Assembly (NCBI GenBank): GCA_965197585.1
Contig: OZ240215.1
Span: 1,664,001-1,728,000 of the forward strand
Length of the DNA stretch: 64,000 bases
Origin: Dehalococcoidia bacterium
Lineage (GTDB): Bacteria; Chloroflexota; Dehalococcoidia; Plut-88900
Direction of reading: 5' to 3'
The position numbers were made by a program, and so were the translations under genes. Positions within the stretch are counted from its first letter, which is position 1; each line of letters starts with the position of its first letter. Below are positions 29,951-39,902 of this stretch, piece by piece. The notes beneath the pieces were generated by a model. It worked only from the letters and a program-made list of their open reading frames with translations, did no database searches and was not told where the DNA came from.

Positions 29951-31201
29951 TTACACCCACCGAGTCTGCTTGCTCGCCGCCTTAGCCGACTTCACCATAC
30001 TCACCCCGCCACCCCCCATCTCGATATCGACCATCCGCCAGAATTCCTCCCGGTCAGCCCCATTGACCACCGCCTGCTCGTGGGCCTCCGCCAAGGCCAG
30101 GGGATATCCTTGCCCCAACCGGCACTGCTCCAACACCACCGAATGCACCAGGTCCACTAGGTCCTCCCGACGGCTCGCCCACCGAGGCATCTCCACCCGA
30201 CCCACTTCCTCCCCCACATTCACGTAGAAAAACTCTACGTGGTGCTCCCGGTATCTGTCCCTCACTATGGACGACCGGCTTGCAAACAACCCCGACCTCT
30301 CCCCCACCCCGAGCAGCCTCTCAAACAGGTCCCGGTCCCGTATCATCGACACCACATCGCATTCCCTCACCCCCTCCGGAGCGGCCACGCATGCAGCACA
30401 CCCCGAATTTCCGCCCCTGTACCCGGAACAATGCCTGTCGCAGTCGGGAAAAGGAGTGTGAGGACAGAATAAGACTCTAAGACTGTTCACCACCTCAGCA
30501 CTGCCGGGATAGCTGATGTAGGAGGCCAGGGCAACGGGTGCCTTCTCGGAAAGCTCCCGAAACCCATCCATCGCCTCTAGCAACCCTTGATCTAGAAACC
30601 TCCGCCTTACAAAGTCCTTTACGCTGTCTCCTATCAACCCAATGGGCACCAATGTCCCGTCCATAAGACACACCGTCGGCACCCGAGGCGGCTCCTTTTC
30701 CATCTCCCTGAGCAGATACCGGAACTCCTCCACCATCCGTTTTATCCCGACCATTGCCGGGTTCATAAATTGCTCGCCCGCCGAGTCCGGGTCCCTCAAC
30801 ACCAGGTCCTCTTCCCCAGCATATAGCCTCGGCTCGCTCCGAAGCTCAGCCCCGTGCCCCGACCCATACCGCAGCGCCGCCAGCCCGATGTTTATCAGAT
30901 AGCACCGCGCCGGCCCGTGCCGGTCCGAGTCTATGCTCGACCCATCCACCGAGACCACTCCATAATCTCTGGGCACACTTGGGGCTGGATATTTTGCAGA
31001 AAGCGCCTCCAGCGGCTCCGACACCAGCCACGTTACCTTCGCCCTTTCAATCCGTGCCCTGAGCGCCTCCGCGTCCATACCCGGTTGTTCGACCAGACCA
31101 AGCGCCGATTCCAGGTGCTCCTGCCAGTCCTTCTCCCCCGACCGGATGTCCTCCGCCATCTGGGCTATCTGCCCGATCACCTTGTCTATTTCTAGACTCA
31201 C
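29951..31201 (-). CDS. nurA: NurA-family nuclease
   Basis: VDGS.I..DRH, LMDGTL, YISYPGS, RVEMPRW, GYPLALAEAHEQAVV. Confidence 0.88.
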   Translation of the reverse strand: MSLEIDKVIGQIAQMAEDIRSGEKDWQEHLESALGLVEQPGMDAEALRARIERAKVTWLVSEPLEALSAKYPAPSVPRDYGVVSVDGSSIDSDRHGPARCYLINIGLAALRYGSGHGAELRSEPRLYAGEEDLVLRDPDSAGEQFMNPAMVGIKRMVEEFRYLLREMEKEPPRVPTVCLMDGTLVPIGLIGDSVKDFVRRRFLDQGLLEAMDGFRELSEKAPVALASYISYPGSAEVVNSLRVLFCPHTPFPDCDRHCSGYRGGNSGCAACVAAPEGVRECDVVSMIRDRDLFERLLGVGERSGLFASRSSIVRDRYREHHVEFFYVNVGEEVGRVEMPRWASRREDLVDLVHSVVLEQCRLGQGYPLALAEAHEQAVVNGADREEFWRMVDIEMGGGGVSMVKSAKAASKQTRWV

Positions 31202-33060
31202 CGCAACACCCTGTCATCCCCAACTCTGCGCGTAATCCTTTGCTGGTCCAGGTACTCCATCAACGCCAGGGCGTACTTCCTGCTCGTGTCGAACATATCC
31301 CGCACCTTGCCTACGTTGATCTTCCCCGCCGACCTCGTCTCCTCGACTATCCGGTCTCTCATCTCCTTGTACGCGCCCGCGCTGAATACCACGTCCTGGT
31401 TCACTCTCACTACCTTGCCTTCATCCACCAGGCCGGCAACAAGCTCCCCACTGATCCCGAGATCTGTCGGTGGAGAGAACGGCTGGGCGTCCAACGCCGC
31501 TAGATACCGGTCTACCTCCGCCTGCTGTTTCGCGCTCAGCACCCGAGAGTGCTCTGGCAGCCGTACAGCCGACCCCTCTTCCACCAACGTTCCATCTTCT
31601 ACCAGTTTCTCGATCACCTTCCCGAACACCTGCCCCCCAAGCCCGAGCCTGCTCCTCAACTCTTCTTTCGGCAGCCCCGTCCTGAGCGGGTGTTGCTTGT
31701 GATACGACTCCAGCGCAGCCCTCGACTTGGACATCACCCCACCCCACCCTCTCCCCGAGTACAGGATCGTACCGTCCGTCACTCGACCGTTCCCCAGAGC
31801 AGTCACTGCGTCGCGATCCAGCAGACTCTCTAGCGCCTGCGCAACATCCTCCGATGCGATACCGCTCTCCTCCACCACCCTCTTCAATGAGCTCGGCTCC
31901 ATCGATTCCAACGCCTTCAGCAACACCTCCTCAGGCCTACCTTCCGCCAGCACACTGAGCCGTTCCACTACCGGCTCGCTGAACCGCTTATGCCGTCGGG
32001 CCAGCGTCTCGATAACCTCCCCACCCCCAAGTGTCCCCTGATGCGACCGTATTACAAACAGGTCTCCCTTTACGGCGGCTATCGGATACTGAAGATGCAA
32101 CTGCGCCCACCCCGACTCCCCCGCTCCCAACTCCTGTTCGTCCAGCAGCCTGACCCGCGCCAGCGTCTCGCTTGTACCCAAATGTAGCATCACTGAGGCT
32201 CGGTGCTTCACCGCGACCGGCGAGTCCTGCACGACCCGAAGCCTCACGTCCAGGGCTTCACTTTCCTTCAGCCATCCACGGTCTGTCAGAATCTGTCCTC
32301 TTGCTATGCTCTCGTGGCCGATCCCCGACAGATTCGCCGCCACCCGTGATCCTGGCATCCCCGACTTCACGCTCTGTTTATGTGTCTGGATCCCCCTCAC
32401 CCGCCCCCTCTGCCCCCCCGGCGCCAACTCAACCTCGTCACCCACCGAGAGCCTCCCCCCGACCAACGTCCCTGTCACAACCGTCCCAAACCCCGATATC
32501 GTAAAAGCCCTGTCGATTGGCAGGCGTGGGTGTCCGTTGTCGTCCTTCTCCTCCACTCCATCCAACACCGAGTCCAGAGCCCCCAGAAGCTCCGGCAACC
32601 CCTCCCCCGTCACCGAGGAGACTGAGACCATGCGCGCATCCTGCAACGTAGTCCCCTTCAGCGAATCCATGATGTCGGACGTGACCAGCTCCATCCAGTC
32701 TTCATCCACTAGGTCGCTCTTGGTCACTACTACCAGCCCCCTATCGATGCGCAACAGGTCTATGATCGCAAGGTGCTCTCGAGTCTGAGGCATCACTCCC
32801 TCGTCCGCCGCAACAACCAGCATCGCCAGGTCTATCCCCCCGACCCCCGCCAGCATGTTCCTTATGAAACGCTCGTGGCCCGGCACGTCGACTATGCTCA
32901 CCTCTCGACCGCTTGGAAGCTTAAGCCACGCAAAGCCAAGGTCGATGGTCAGACCCCGTTCCTTCTCTTCCCGCAGCCTGTCAGGGTCTATCCCGGTAAG
33001 GGCGCGTACCAATGCGGACTTACCGTGATCAACATGCCCCGCCGTCCCGATTACGTACAT
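31198..33060 (-). CDS. selB: Selenocysteine-specific elongation factor
   Basis: GTAGHVDHGKS, RGLTIDLGF, DVPGHERFI, C-terminal winged helices ending SRKYAL.L.EYLD....TRRVGD.R. Confidence 0.96.
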   Translation of the reverse strand: MYVIGTAGHVDHGKSALVRALTGIDPDRLREEKERGLTIDLGFAWLKLPSGREVSIVDVPGHERFIRNMLAGVGGIDLAMLVVAADEGVMPQTREHLAIIDLLRIDRGLVVVTKSDLVDEDWMELVTSDIMDSLKGTTLQDARMVSVSSVTGEGLPELLGALDSVLDGVEEKDDNGHPRLPIDRAFTISGFGTVVTGTLVGGRLSVGDEVELAPGGQRGRVRGIQTHKQSVKSGMPGSRVAANLSGIGHESIARGQILTDRGWLKESEALDVRLRVVQDSPVAVKHRASVMLHLGTSETLARVRLLDEQELGAGESGWAQLHLQYPIAAVKGDLFVIRSHQGTLGGGEVIETLARRHKRFSEPVVERLSVLAEGRPEEVLLKALESMEPSSLKRVVEESGIASEDVAQALESLLDRDAVTALGNGRVTDGTILYSGRGWGGVMSKSRAALESYHKQHPLRTGLPKEELRSRLGLGGQVFGKVIEKLVEDGTLVEEGSAVRLPEHSRVLSAKQQAEVDRYLAALDAQPFSPPTDLGISGELVAGLVDEGKVVRVNQDVVFSAGAYKEMRDRIVEETRSAGKINVGKVRDMFDTSRKYALALMEYLDQQRITRRVGDDRVLR

Positions 33061-33146
33061 CTACTCTCCCACTATCTCCAGCCCAGCTTAGAATAGCACC
33101 CCAAAATCCTTGCCGCCAACGTCGCCAATTCTCTAATGCAGAATAA

Positions 33147-33190
33147 GAAAAATCCTCAATCCGTTGGGCAACCCAGTGGATTGAGGATTT
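33147..33190 (-). terminator. Probable rho-independent terminator after hemW
   Basis: aaatcctcaatcc...ggattgaggattt stem with a U-rich tract on the minus strand. Confidence 0.65.
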
Positions 33191-33220
33191 CACATTCCAT
33201 CGGTTGATGTGGAAGAGTGC

Positions 33221-34450
33221 CTACACCCCCACCGACACAAACCTCTGGAAAACCTCATTCCCGAGCAACCGCCCCCGACTCGTCAACCTCCACCTGTCCC
33301 CCTCTTGCTCCAGCAATCCCACCCCCTCCAACTCCTCAAGGTCCGACCCAAATACCGATTCCATAGATTTCCCAAACCGCTCTCTAAACCCCTCCCTCGA
33401 CACCCCATTCAGTAACCGGAGCCCTAGCATCATCGTCTCACCCATCTCCAGCATATCCGATATAACTTCCACCTCACTTACGAGCCCTCCACCCCCTAAT
33501 GCCTCCGACATCGCTTCCGCATCCTCTGTAGACAGTCCTCCCCACCCCCCTCTCGACCTCAATTCTCCCACTTTCGTCACATAGCGACGCGGGTTCTTCT
33601 CCTCCCAAAACCTGCACCCCCCGAGAAACGAATGCGCCCCCGCCCCGATTCCGACGTAAGACTCATTCCGCCAGTAGACCAGGTTGTGTCGGCACTCCCT
33701 CTCCGGCTTCGCCCAGTTGGAGATCTCATATTGCCCGTACCCCGACTCCCCTAACGCCCGTACCGCATATAAGTACATGTCGGCTGCCATGTCCGGGTCC
33801 GTATCGGCTGTCGCACCTCGTGCCACATCCCTCGCTAGGGGAGTGCCCTCCTCCACAGTCAGAGCATACAAGGACAGGTGCTCTGGCCCTAGAGTTCGGG
33901 CACGGTCCACGGTATCGACCCACTCATCTAGAGTGTGGTTGGGCAGCCCGAACATCAAGTCCAGGTTTACGTTATCAAATCCCGCCTCCCGAGCCATCTC
34001 GAACGCCCGCTCAGCCGCCATCGCCGAGTGCCTTCGGGTCAAGGCCACCAAGTGCACGTCATTAAAGCTCTGCACCCCGATGCTCAGCCGGTTCACTCCC
34101 GCGTCCAACAGGGCCTTGAGTCGCTCCACCGTCAGGTCTCCGGGGTTCGACTCCAACGTCACCTCAATGTCTTCGTCGCAACTGAATCCCCGATAGCAGG
34201 CTCTCAGAATCCGTTCGACGTCTTCGGCGGGCAACAGCGAAGGTGTACCGCCCCCGAAGAATATGGTCGGCACCCGGGTCTCTTTCCCCAACGCCTCCCC
34301 CCACATCCCGATCTCGTCCACCACCGCCGATACATATGCGGGCATCAGATCTTCTATCCCCGCGTACGTGTTGAAGTCGCAGTAGTTGCACTTCGTAACA
34401 CAGAACGGAATGTGCAGGTACAGGGAGACCGGAGAGCTTTGGCTAGACAT
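33221..34450 (-). CDS. hemW: Radical SAM heme chaperone (HemN-like)
   Basis: YLHIPFCVTKCNYCDF, FGGGTPS, RLSIGVQSF, YEISN, HNLVYW. Confidence 0.92.
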   Translation of the reverse strand: MSSQSSPVSLYLHIPFCVTKCNYCDFNTYAGIEDLMPAYVSAVVDEIGMWGEALGKETRVPTIFFGGGTPSLLPAEDVERILRACYRGFSCDEDIEVTLESNPGDLTVERLKALLDAGVNRLSIGVQSFNDVHLVALTRRHSAMAAERAFEMAREAGFDNVNLDLMFGLPNHTLDEWVDTVDRARTLGPEHLSLYALTVEEGTPLARDVARGATADTDPDMAADMYLYAVRALGESGYGQYEISNWAKPERECRHNLVYWRNESYVGIGAGAHSFLGGCRFWEEKNPRRYVTKVGELRSRGGWGGLSTEDAEAMSEALGGGGLVSEVEVISDMLEMGETMMLGLRLLNGVSREGFRERFGKSMESVFGSDLEELEGVGLLEQEGDRWRLTSRGRLLGNEVFQRFVSVGV

Positions 34451-35537
34451 TAAACAGAAAGTTGATCACATCCCCGTCTTGGACACGGTATTCCTTGCCC
34501 TCCTGCCGGATCAACCCCAGTTTACGTGCTTCCACGAGACCCCGACAATTCATCACATTCTCGTATTCAATTACTTCGGCTCGTATGAAACCCCGCTCGA
34601 TGTCTGAATGGATCTTCCCCGCCGCCTTAGCGGCAGCCGTGTCCCTTTCCACGGGCCATGCCCTGGCCTCGTCGGGGCCGCAGGTAAGAAACGATACCAG
34701 GCCCAGCAGTTCATACGACACCCGCAGCACCTTCTCCAACGCCGGCTCCCCACCATTCATTGAGGCCCTGAACTCAGCGGCCTCTTCTGCATCCAGTTGC
34801 GAAAGCTCCGCCTCTAATTTGCCGCACACCGCTGACACCGACACCCCATGTCCTCCGAACTTCTCCATGGCTTCCTGTTCAAGCGTGTCCATCTTGTTCA
34901 GGTCGTCTTCTCCAACATTCAGCAAGATAAGCTCAGGCTTGGCCGTGAGAAATTGGTAGCCGCTCAGAGTCTTCTGTTCATCGGTGTTCAAAGTCTGGGA
35001 CCGCATTGGGAAACCGTCTTCCAGCTTCGCTCTTATCTTATCTATGAGGACCTGCTCGGCCAGTAACTTGTCCCTCTCCTGGGCCCGGGCGCCCTTCAAG
35101 CTGTCCTCCAGCCGCTCCCTCTTTCGTTCCAAAATCGTCAGGTCCGAATACGTCAACTCCAGGTCCAGCACCTCGGCATCCCGATACGGGTCGACGCTTC
35201 CCTCCAAATGAGGTGTCGAGGGCTCGTCAAACCCCCGCACGACATGCAGCAAGGCATCCGCCTGCGAGAGCACATTGAGCAGCTTCCCCCCGAACCCCTC
35301 GCTCTTCCCCAGTCCCCTCGGCGTGAGAGGCACGTCAAAGTACTTAACTTCTGCCTGGACTATCTTCCGGGAGTTGAACAGATCAGAGAGAGGCTGCAGC
35401 CGGGAGTCCGGCACCTTCGCCATCCCGACCGCAGCCCTGTCGCCATGAGTGCCTTGATTATTGGCCCCTAACCCCGTGAGGGCGTTGAATATTGTCGTCT
35501 TACCGCTCTGCGGCAGTCCTATGATTCCTATTTCCAA
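34443..35537 (-). CDS. ychF: Ribosome-binding ATPase YchF
   Basis: GIIGLPQSGKTTIFNALT, LTAKP, AGKIHSDIERGFIRAEV, EGKEYRVQDGD. Confidence 0.95.
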   Translation of the reverse strand: MEIGIIGLPQSGKTTIFNALTGLGANNQGTHGDRAAVGMAKVPDSRLQPLSDLFNSRKIVQAEVKYFDVPLTPRGLGKSEGFGGKLLNVLSQADALLHVVRGFDEPSTPHLEGSVDPYRDAEVLDLELTYSDLTILERKRERLEDSLKGARAQERDKLLAEQVLIDKIRAKLEDGFPMRSQTLNTDEQKTLSGYQFLTAKPELILLNVGEDDLNKMDTLEQEAMEKFGGHGVSVSAVCGKLEAELSQLDAEEAAEFRASMNGGEPALEKVLRVSYELLGLVSFLTCGPDEARAWPVERDTAAAKAAGKIHSDIERGFIRAEVIEYENVMNCRGLVEARKLGLIRQEGKEYRVQDGDVINFLFNV

Positions 35538-35576
35538 GAGTCTTGTTTGGGGCCTCCCGATAAATGCATTTGTGTG

Positions 35577-35978
35577 CTAAAAGAGCACCAAACCCTCATT
35601 GGCGGCTGCTTTCGCCAGCCTTGAGTCCAGTGTCGCAATGCTGGCTTTACGCCTCATGGCCAATTCCAAGTAGATAGCATCGTAAAACGACAGTTTATGA
35701 GTCCTGGCGAGGTCGAAAACCACTTCAAGGTTCTGGCTCTCATCAGTTTGTATGGGTAGGCTCTTGAGCGCATTCAGAAGTTCATCAACCCGTGCTTCTG
35801 TTGCACGCCCCCGCCTCTCTGCAGATATCAATGCGTTACGTGTCTCTATCTGCCACAGCCAAGGTGCAAGTCCCCCAGTTTCCCCTACTTGCCTTAGGGC
35901 CTTGTCAGCAAGTGGCTGGTGCTCGTCATCAAGCAACGACGCCATGACAATAGATGCATCGATGACAAGTTCGCTCAA
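35577..35978 (-). CDS. vapC: PIN-domain toxin
   Basis: VIDAS, E..NAL, LSFYDAIYLELA, ATLD; TTG start overlaps antitoxin stop. Confidence 0.88.
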   Translation of the reverse strand: MSELVIDASIVMASLLDDEHQPLADKALRQVGETGGLAPWLWQIETRNALISAERRGRATEARVDELLNALKSLPIQTDESQNLEVVFDLARTHKLSFYDAIYLELAMRRKASIATLDSRLAKAAANEGLVLF

Positions 35979-36226
35979 AAGCGGTGCCCCTCGTGACGCC
36001 ATTCAAGCATCTCTTGTAGAGTCGCTTTGATCTTTTCTCCCTCATCTCGACGACGAAGAAATTCCTCTACAGCCCTTTTGCGCTGTAATCTCTCCTGTGC
36101 CTCAGCTGGAATCAGGTGTGCTATAGGCTTGCCATGCCGCGTGATGGCTATGGTCTCGCCCTGCTCGACATTCCGAAGAAGTTCGGCCAGATGGATTTTG
36201 GCTTCAGTTGCTTGAATCATCCGCAT
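35975..36226 (-). CDS. Phd/YefM-family antitoxin
   Basis: IQATEAKIHLAELLRNVEQGETIAITRHGKPIAHLIP. Confidence 0.9.
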   Translation of the reverse strand: MRMIQATEAKIHLAELLRNVEQGETIAITRHGKPIAHLIPAEAQERLQRKRAVEEFLRRRDEGEKIKATLQEMLEWRHEGHRF

Positions 36227-36402
36227 TTTGCATTTCCTAACCTGTTGTTTTAACCAGTTTATTATACGATCGAACCAGCTACTTGACAATCTGTCCCACG
36301 CCATTCCATCGCTCCCGCCCTTCCTTGACAACCGACCCCCTCCATCCTAATGTGACATCCGTCGTCACAGCTATCCCCGTCCCTGATCGTGAGCTCACGA
36401 AT

Positions 36403-37542
36403 ATGAGATTCGACAGCGGCCTATATGTTCACAGCGGCCAGCCCGAGGGCTACCCCTGGATCGAAGAGTGGCGCGCCGAGGCCCGACTCTTCGAACAGGC
36501 CGGCTTCACCACCGTCTGGAGCGCCGAGCACCATTTCTTCTGGGACGGTTGGGTCACACCCACCCCCTCCAACCCCATCCTCACCTGCGTAGATCTCGCC
36601 GCCCACACTTCCACACTTCGCCTCGGCCAATGCGGCGTATCCATCACAGACCGCCACCCAGTCCATGTCGCCGAAGACATCGCCATGCTCGACCACGTCA
36701 GCAAAGGCCGCGTGGACTTCGGTGTCATACGCGGCATTAACAACCGTGTAAACGGCAACTTCAACGTCAACGCAGACAGGCGAGACAAGAGAAAGAACTA
36801 CGCCCTATTCGAAGAGGCACTTGAGATTATTCTAAAGTGCTGGACAGAGGAAGCCTTTAGCCACACCGGGGAGTTCTATACCCTTCCCATGCCCGGCTGG
36901 CACGAAACCGTCGCTGATATTGCCCAGGACCGGCGTTATAACAACCCGGACGGTGAGCTCATCGCCCTGGGCGTCCTCCCCAAGCCGTACCAGAAGCCCC
37001 ATCCTCCTGTTTGGCAAATGGCCGACTCCGCATCTTCCCACGCCTTCGCCGCTAGCAGGGGGTTCGGGGGTATGTCCTGGGGCCGCACCCTGGAGGGAAC
37101 CCGTGAAGCCTGGACTGCCTACCGGGACGCCGCCTCCGAGGCCCAGGGCCGCGACGTTCCCATGGGCGAGGGCGTCGCCATGATGCGCCCCATCTTCGTT
37201 GCCGATACCATGGAAGAGGCCCGGCGCATCATGCGCCCGGTAATTGAAACAGCGATGACCTATGGAGCCGGCAAATGGGCCCGGCCCACGATGGTCGGCA
37301 AAAGCGAAAACGTATCCGACGATGACCAGGCCGATGATTGGCTGGACTTCCTCACGAAACGAGGCCACACCCTCGTCGGCACTCCCGAATTCGTCGCAGA
37401 GGGTATCGAAAAATGGCGTACGGAACTCGGCTGCCAGCATGTAACCATGTACTGGCCCCTGCCCCACCTCACATACACCGAGGTGATGCGCTCCATCTAC
37501 CTCTTCGCCGATAAGGTCATGCCCCAATTCGTCGGAAAATAG
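36403..37542 (+). CDS. LLM-class flavin-dependent monooxygenase
   Basis: WSAEHHF, HPVHVAEDIAMLDHVSKGRVDFG, PKPYQKPHPPVW; paralog of 12802-13953. Confidence 0.9.
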   Translation: MRFDSGLYVHSGQPEGYPWIEEWRAEARLFEQAGFTTVWSAEHHFFWDGWVTPTPSNPILTCVDLAAHTSTLRLGQCGVSITDRHPVHVAEDIAMLDHVSKGRVDFGVIRGINNRVNGNFNVNADRRDKRKNYALFEEALEIILKCWTEEAFSHTGEFYTLPMPGWHETVADIAQDRRYNNPDGELIALGVLPKPYQKPHPPVWQMADSASSHAFAASRGFGGMSWGRTLEGTREAWTAYRDAASEAQGRDVPMGEGVAMMRPIFVADTMEEARRIMRPVIETAMTYGAGKWARPTMVGKSENVSDDDQADDWLDFLTKRGHTLVGTPEFVAEGIEKWRTELGCQHVTMYWPLPHLTYTEVMRSIYLFADKVMPQFVGK

Positions 37543-37566
37543 AGACAATCAGAAAAGGATGCTCCC

Positions 37567-38307
37567 ATGTTGAAGGTAGCCCTCCTGGTCCTTTCCATGG
37601 CCCTTATAGCATCGCTCGCCCTCTCCTGCAGCGATGAACCCGAGTTAGTGCGCTTTGGCGCCGACGGAGACTATTTCCCCTACAACTTTCTGAACGACGC
37701 CGGAGATGTGGACGGCTTTGAAGCAGACTTGATCGACGAGGTCTGCCGTCGCGCCAACCTGGAATGCACCTGGGTAATCACCCCGTGGGATGGCATCATC
37801 GACAGCCTGATTGCCAAAGAATTCGACGTCATATCCGCCGGGATGAGCATTACTAACGAGCGTGACGAAGTCATAGATTTCACCCAACCCTACCTGCCTC
37901 CCACCCCCTCAATCTACGTCGCCTTGGCCACCGCGGGTGAAGACGCCTTGAACGGCAAGATCGGCGCGGGAGTCTCCACGGTGCACTCCGCCTATCTCTC
38001 GGAGTCCGGAGCCGACTTCGTCGAAATCGATGGCTCCGAAGCGCTCTTTGCGGCGCTCCTGGCCGGCGAGGTAGACGCCGTACTGGTGGATCGGGAATTC
38101 GGCCGCCAGAACATAGCTGACAGCCAAGGCAAGCTCTCAGTTCTCGGCTCTCCGATCATCCTAGAGGAAGGGATAGGCGCAGGCCTTCGCGAAGAAGACG
38201 GCGCTCTGAAGGAAAAGTTGAATGAGGCCATCAGCGCGATAAAAGCCGATGGCTCTCTCAACGACCTGATCCGCAAGTGGTTCGACGAAGACGCCGAAGT
38301 CTTCTAG
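37567..38307 (+). CDS. Polar amino-acid ABC transporter substrate-binding lipoprotein (orphan)
   Basis: Lipobox-like LALSC, YFPYNF, GFEADL, WDGIIDSL, AGMSITNER..VIDFT.PY. Confidence 0.88.
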   Translation: MLKVALLVLSMALIASLALSCSDEPELVRFGADGDYFPYNFLNDAGDVDGFEADLIDEVCRRANLECTWVITPWDGIIDSLIAKEFDVISAGMSITNERDEVIDFTQPYLPPTPSIYVALATAGEDALNGKIGAGVSTVHSAYLSESGADFVEIDGSEALFAALLAGEVDAVLVDREFGRQNIADSQGKLSVLGSPIILEEGIGAGLREEDGALKEKLNEAISAIKADGSLNDLIRKWFDEDAEVF

Positions 38308-38330
38308 CTCGACCCGAGGAACACTCTCCT

Positions 38331-39860
38331 CTATACCTTCAGCATGTCCAGCGTCCGGTCGAAGATCGAGCGCTCCTTGCCGCCTTCGACAACCGCCACC
38401 GACTTCACCGCGGCCACGAGGTGGTTCCACCGATACGGCTCCCGAGTTGCGTAGAACTCATCGACCAGCGCTTGGTGGTGCTTGATACCATGCAACTCCG
38501 TGAAGTCGTCACGGCAGATAATCTCGCCTATTCGTTTGAACAACGCCTCAGGATTGTACCGCCGGTCGGCATAACGCTGCGCAAGCAGCATAGCCTCTTG
38601 TATCTCGTTGCCTAGTTCGAGGTTGTCTACGCCGATCTCTCTCCAGTTAGCCCACGGCTGCCGCTCGATGCTCTCCACGATGCCGTCCAGCAACTCGGCC
38701 TGTCCCCTCTCCGGCAGTGACTCAGACTTCGCGGGATCAAACGGCTTCTCCCACAGCATCCGAGACCCGTTAAGGCACTCGGGGCCTGTGAGCGCCGTGA
38801 TCAGCGCTTCAATCTTGTGCCTAAGGCCTACACCCTCCACGTTCAGCAGGTAGCGCCGCCCGTTGGTCCCCGTGTGCAGGTGCGAGTCCATCGGGTTACC
38901 GTAGCTCGACTTCAGGTATGCCATCGACGCACCCACCGACAACGCCTCTCCCGCCCCTTCCAGGGACATCCCCTCGGACAGCGCCTTCGCAATCGGCTCC
39001 ATGCCGTCCAGGTAGTTGGTGCATTGCCCTATGGCCTCTCCCAGCCTCCCGATCGCCTCGGTCTCCCGGTCTCCTGTTCTAAGCGGTATCTCGCGTTCCA
39101 TAAGTGAGTAGTCTTCTATCAGCCGAGTCACGTCGTCGAACACCGAAGCCTCGGTCCGCGATAGGCTGAACGGGTTCCGAGCCTGGTATCGCACCACAAC
39201 TCTCATCAGAACGGGCGCCCACTCCCACCCGATAACGTCCAGTGCCCTGAACGTGAACATCGGATACACGAAGTAATGGTCGTCAATGCTGTTCCGGGAC
39301 ACGCAGGCCGGCAGAAGCAGGTCTAACGTCTCCCCCGGTATCCGGTTCTCTTCCAGCCACAGGTAATACTGCTCCGCGAGGCTCGGCTTCCGCACTTGGA
39401 TAGCCCTCAGCAGTGCGTCTTCCGTAGACCCCATTACGTCCGGATCATCCGACGCCTCCGTACCGTCCGCCAGGTGGTATGACCCGATCATCGCACCCGT
39501 GCCTTCCAGCGCATCCATCGCAGGCATGATGTACGGCCCCATCTGCGGAGAGTGAACGTGGTTGTTGCACAGTGCCACGTGCTGCACTATCGGCATAAAT
39601 GCCATCTCGCCACTTAGCCTGCGGGAAGTGTTGTACACACCGTGAATCCCGCATATCGGGTGAACTGGACCACCGTGGTGCTCTGGAGGAAGCTCGGTAG
39701 AACGGCACACCGCCAGGGCCCCTGCCCTGAGCAGGTCGACAGCCGGCGTCCCCGTCCGCAGCTTGTCCAGCGTACGCTCAATAATCTCGCTCGGGTCCGT
39801 CCCTTCCACAAATTGGACCAGTTCTTCTACTTCGTCACGAAATTCTATTCCCCTGAACAT
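38331..39860 (-). CDS. Hypothetical helical protein with His motifs
   Basis: 509 aa, RBS GGAGG; HHGGPVH, DDHYF, MDSHLHTG, TELHGIKHH. Confidence 0.7.
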   Translation of the reverse strand: MFRGIEFRDEVEELVQFVEGTDPSEIIERTLDKLRTGTPAVDLLRAGALAVCRSTELPPEHHGGPVHPICGIHGVYNTSRRLSGEMAFMPIVQHVALCNNHVHSPQMGPYIMPAMDALEGTGAMIGSYHLADGTEASDDPDVMGSTEDALLRAIQVRKPSLAEQYYLWLEENRIPGETLDLLLPACVSRNSIDDHYFVYPMFTFRALDVIGWEWAPVLMRVVVRYQARNPFSLSRTEASVFDDVTRLIEDYSLMEREIPLRTGDRETEAIGRLGEAIGQCTNYLDGMEPIAKALSEGMSLEGAGEALSVGASMAYLKSSYGNPMDSHLHTGTNGRRYLLNVEGVGLRHKIEALITALTGPECLNGSRMLWEKPFDPAKSESLPERGQAELLDGIVESIERQPWANWREIGVDNLELGNEIQEAMLLAQRYADRRYNPEALFKRIGEIICRDDFTELHGIKHHQALVDEFYATREPYRWNHLVAAVKSVAVVEGGKERSIFDRTLDMLKV

Positions 39861-39902
39861 TAAGTCCTCCTGCCGAGATACGGCACACTGCCAATAAAGC
39901 GC

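Noticed and set aside
31198-33060. Selenoprotein genes or tRNA-Sec near selB
   Set aside because: I found no gene broken by an in-frame TGA with continuing homology, and no tRNA-like sequence by eye.
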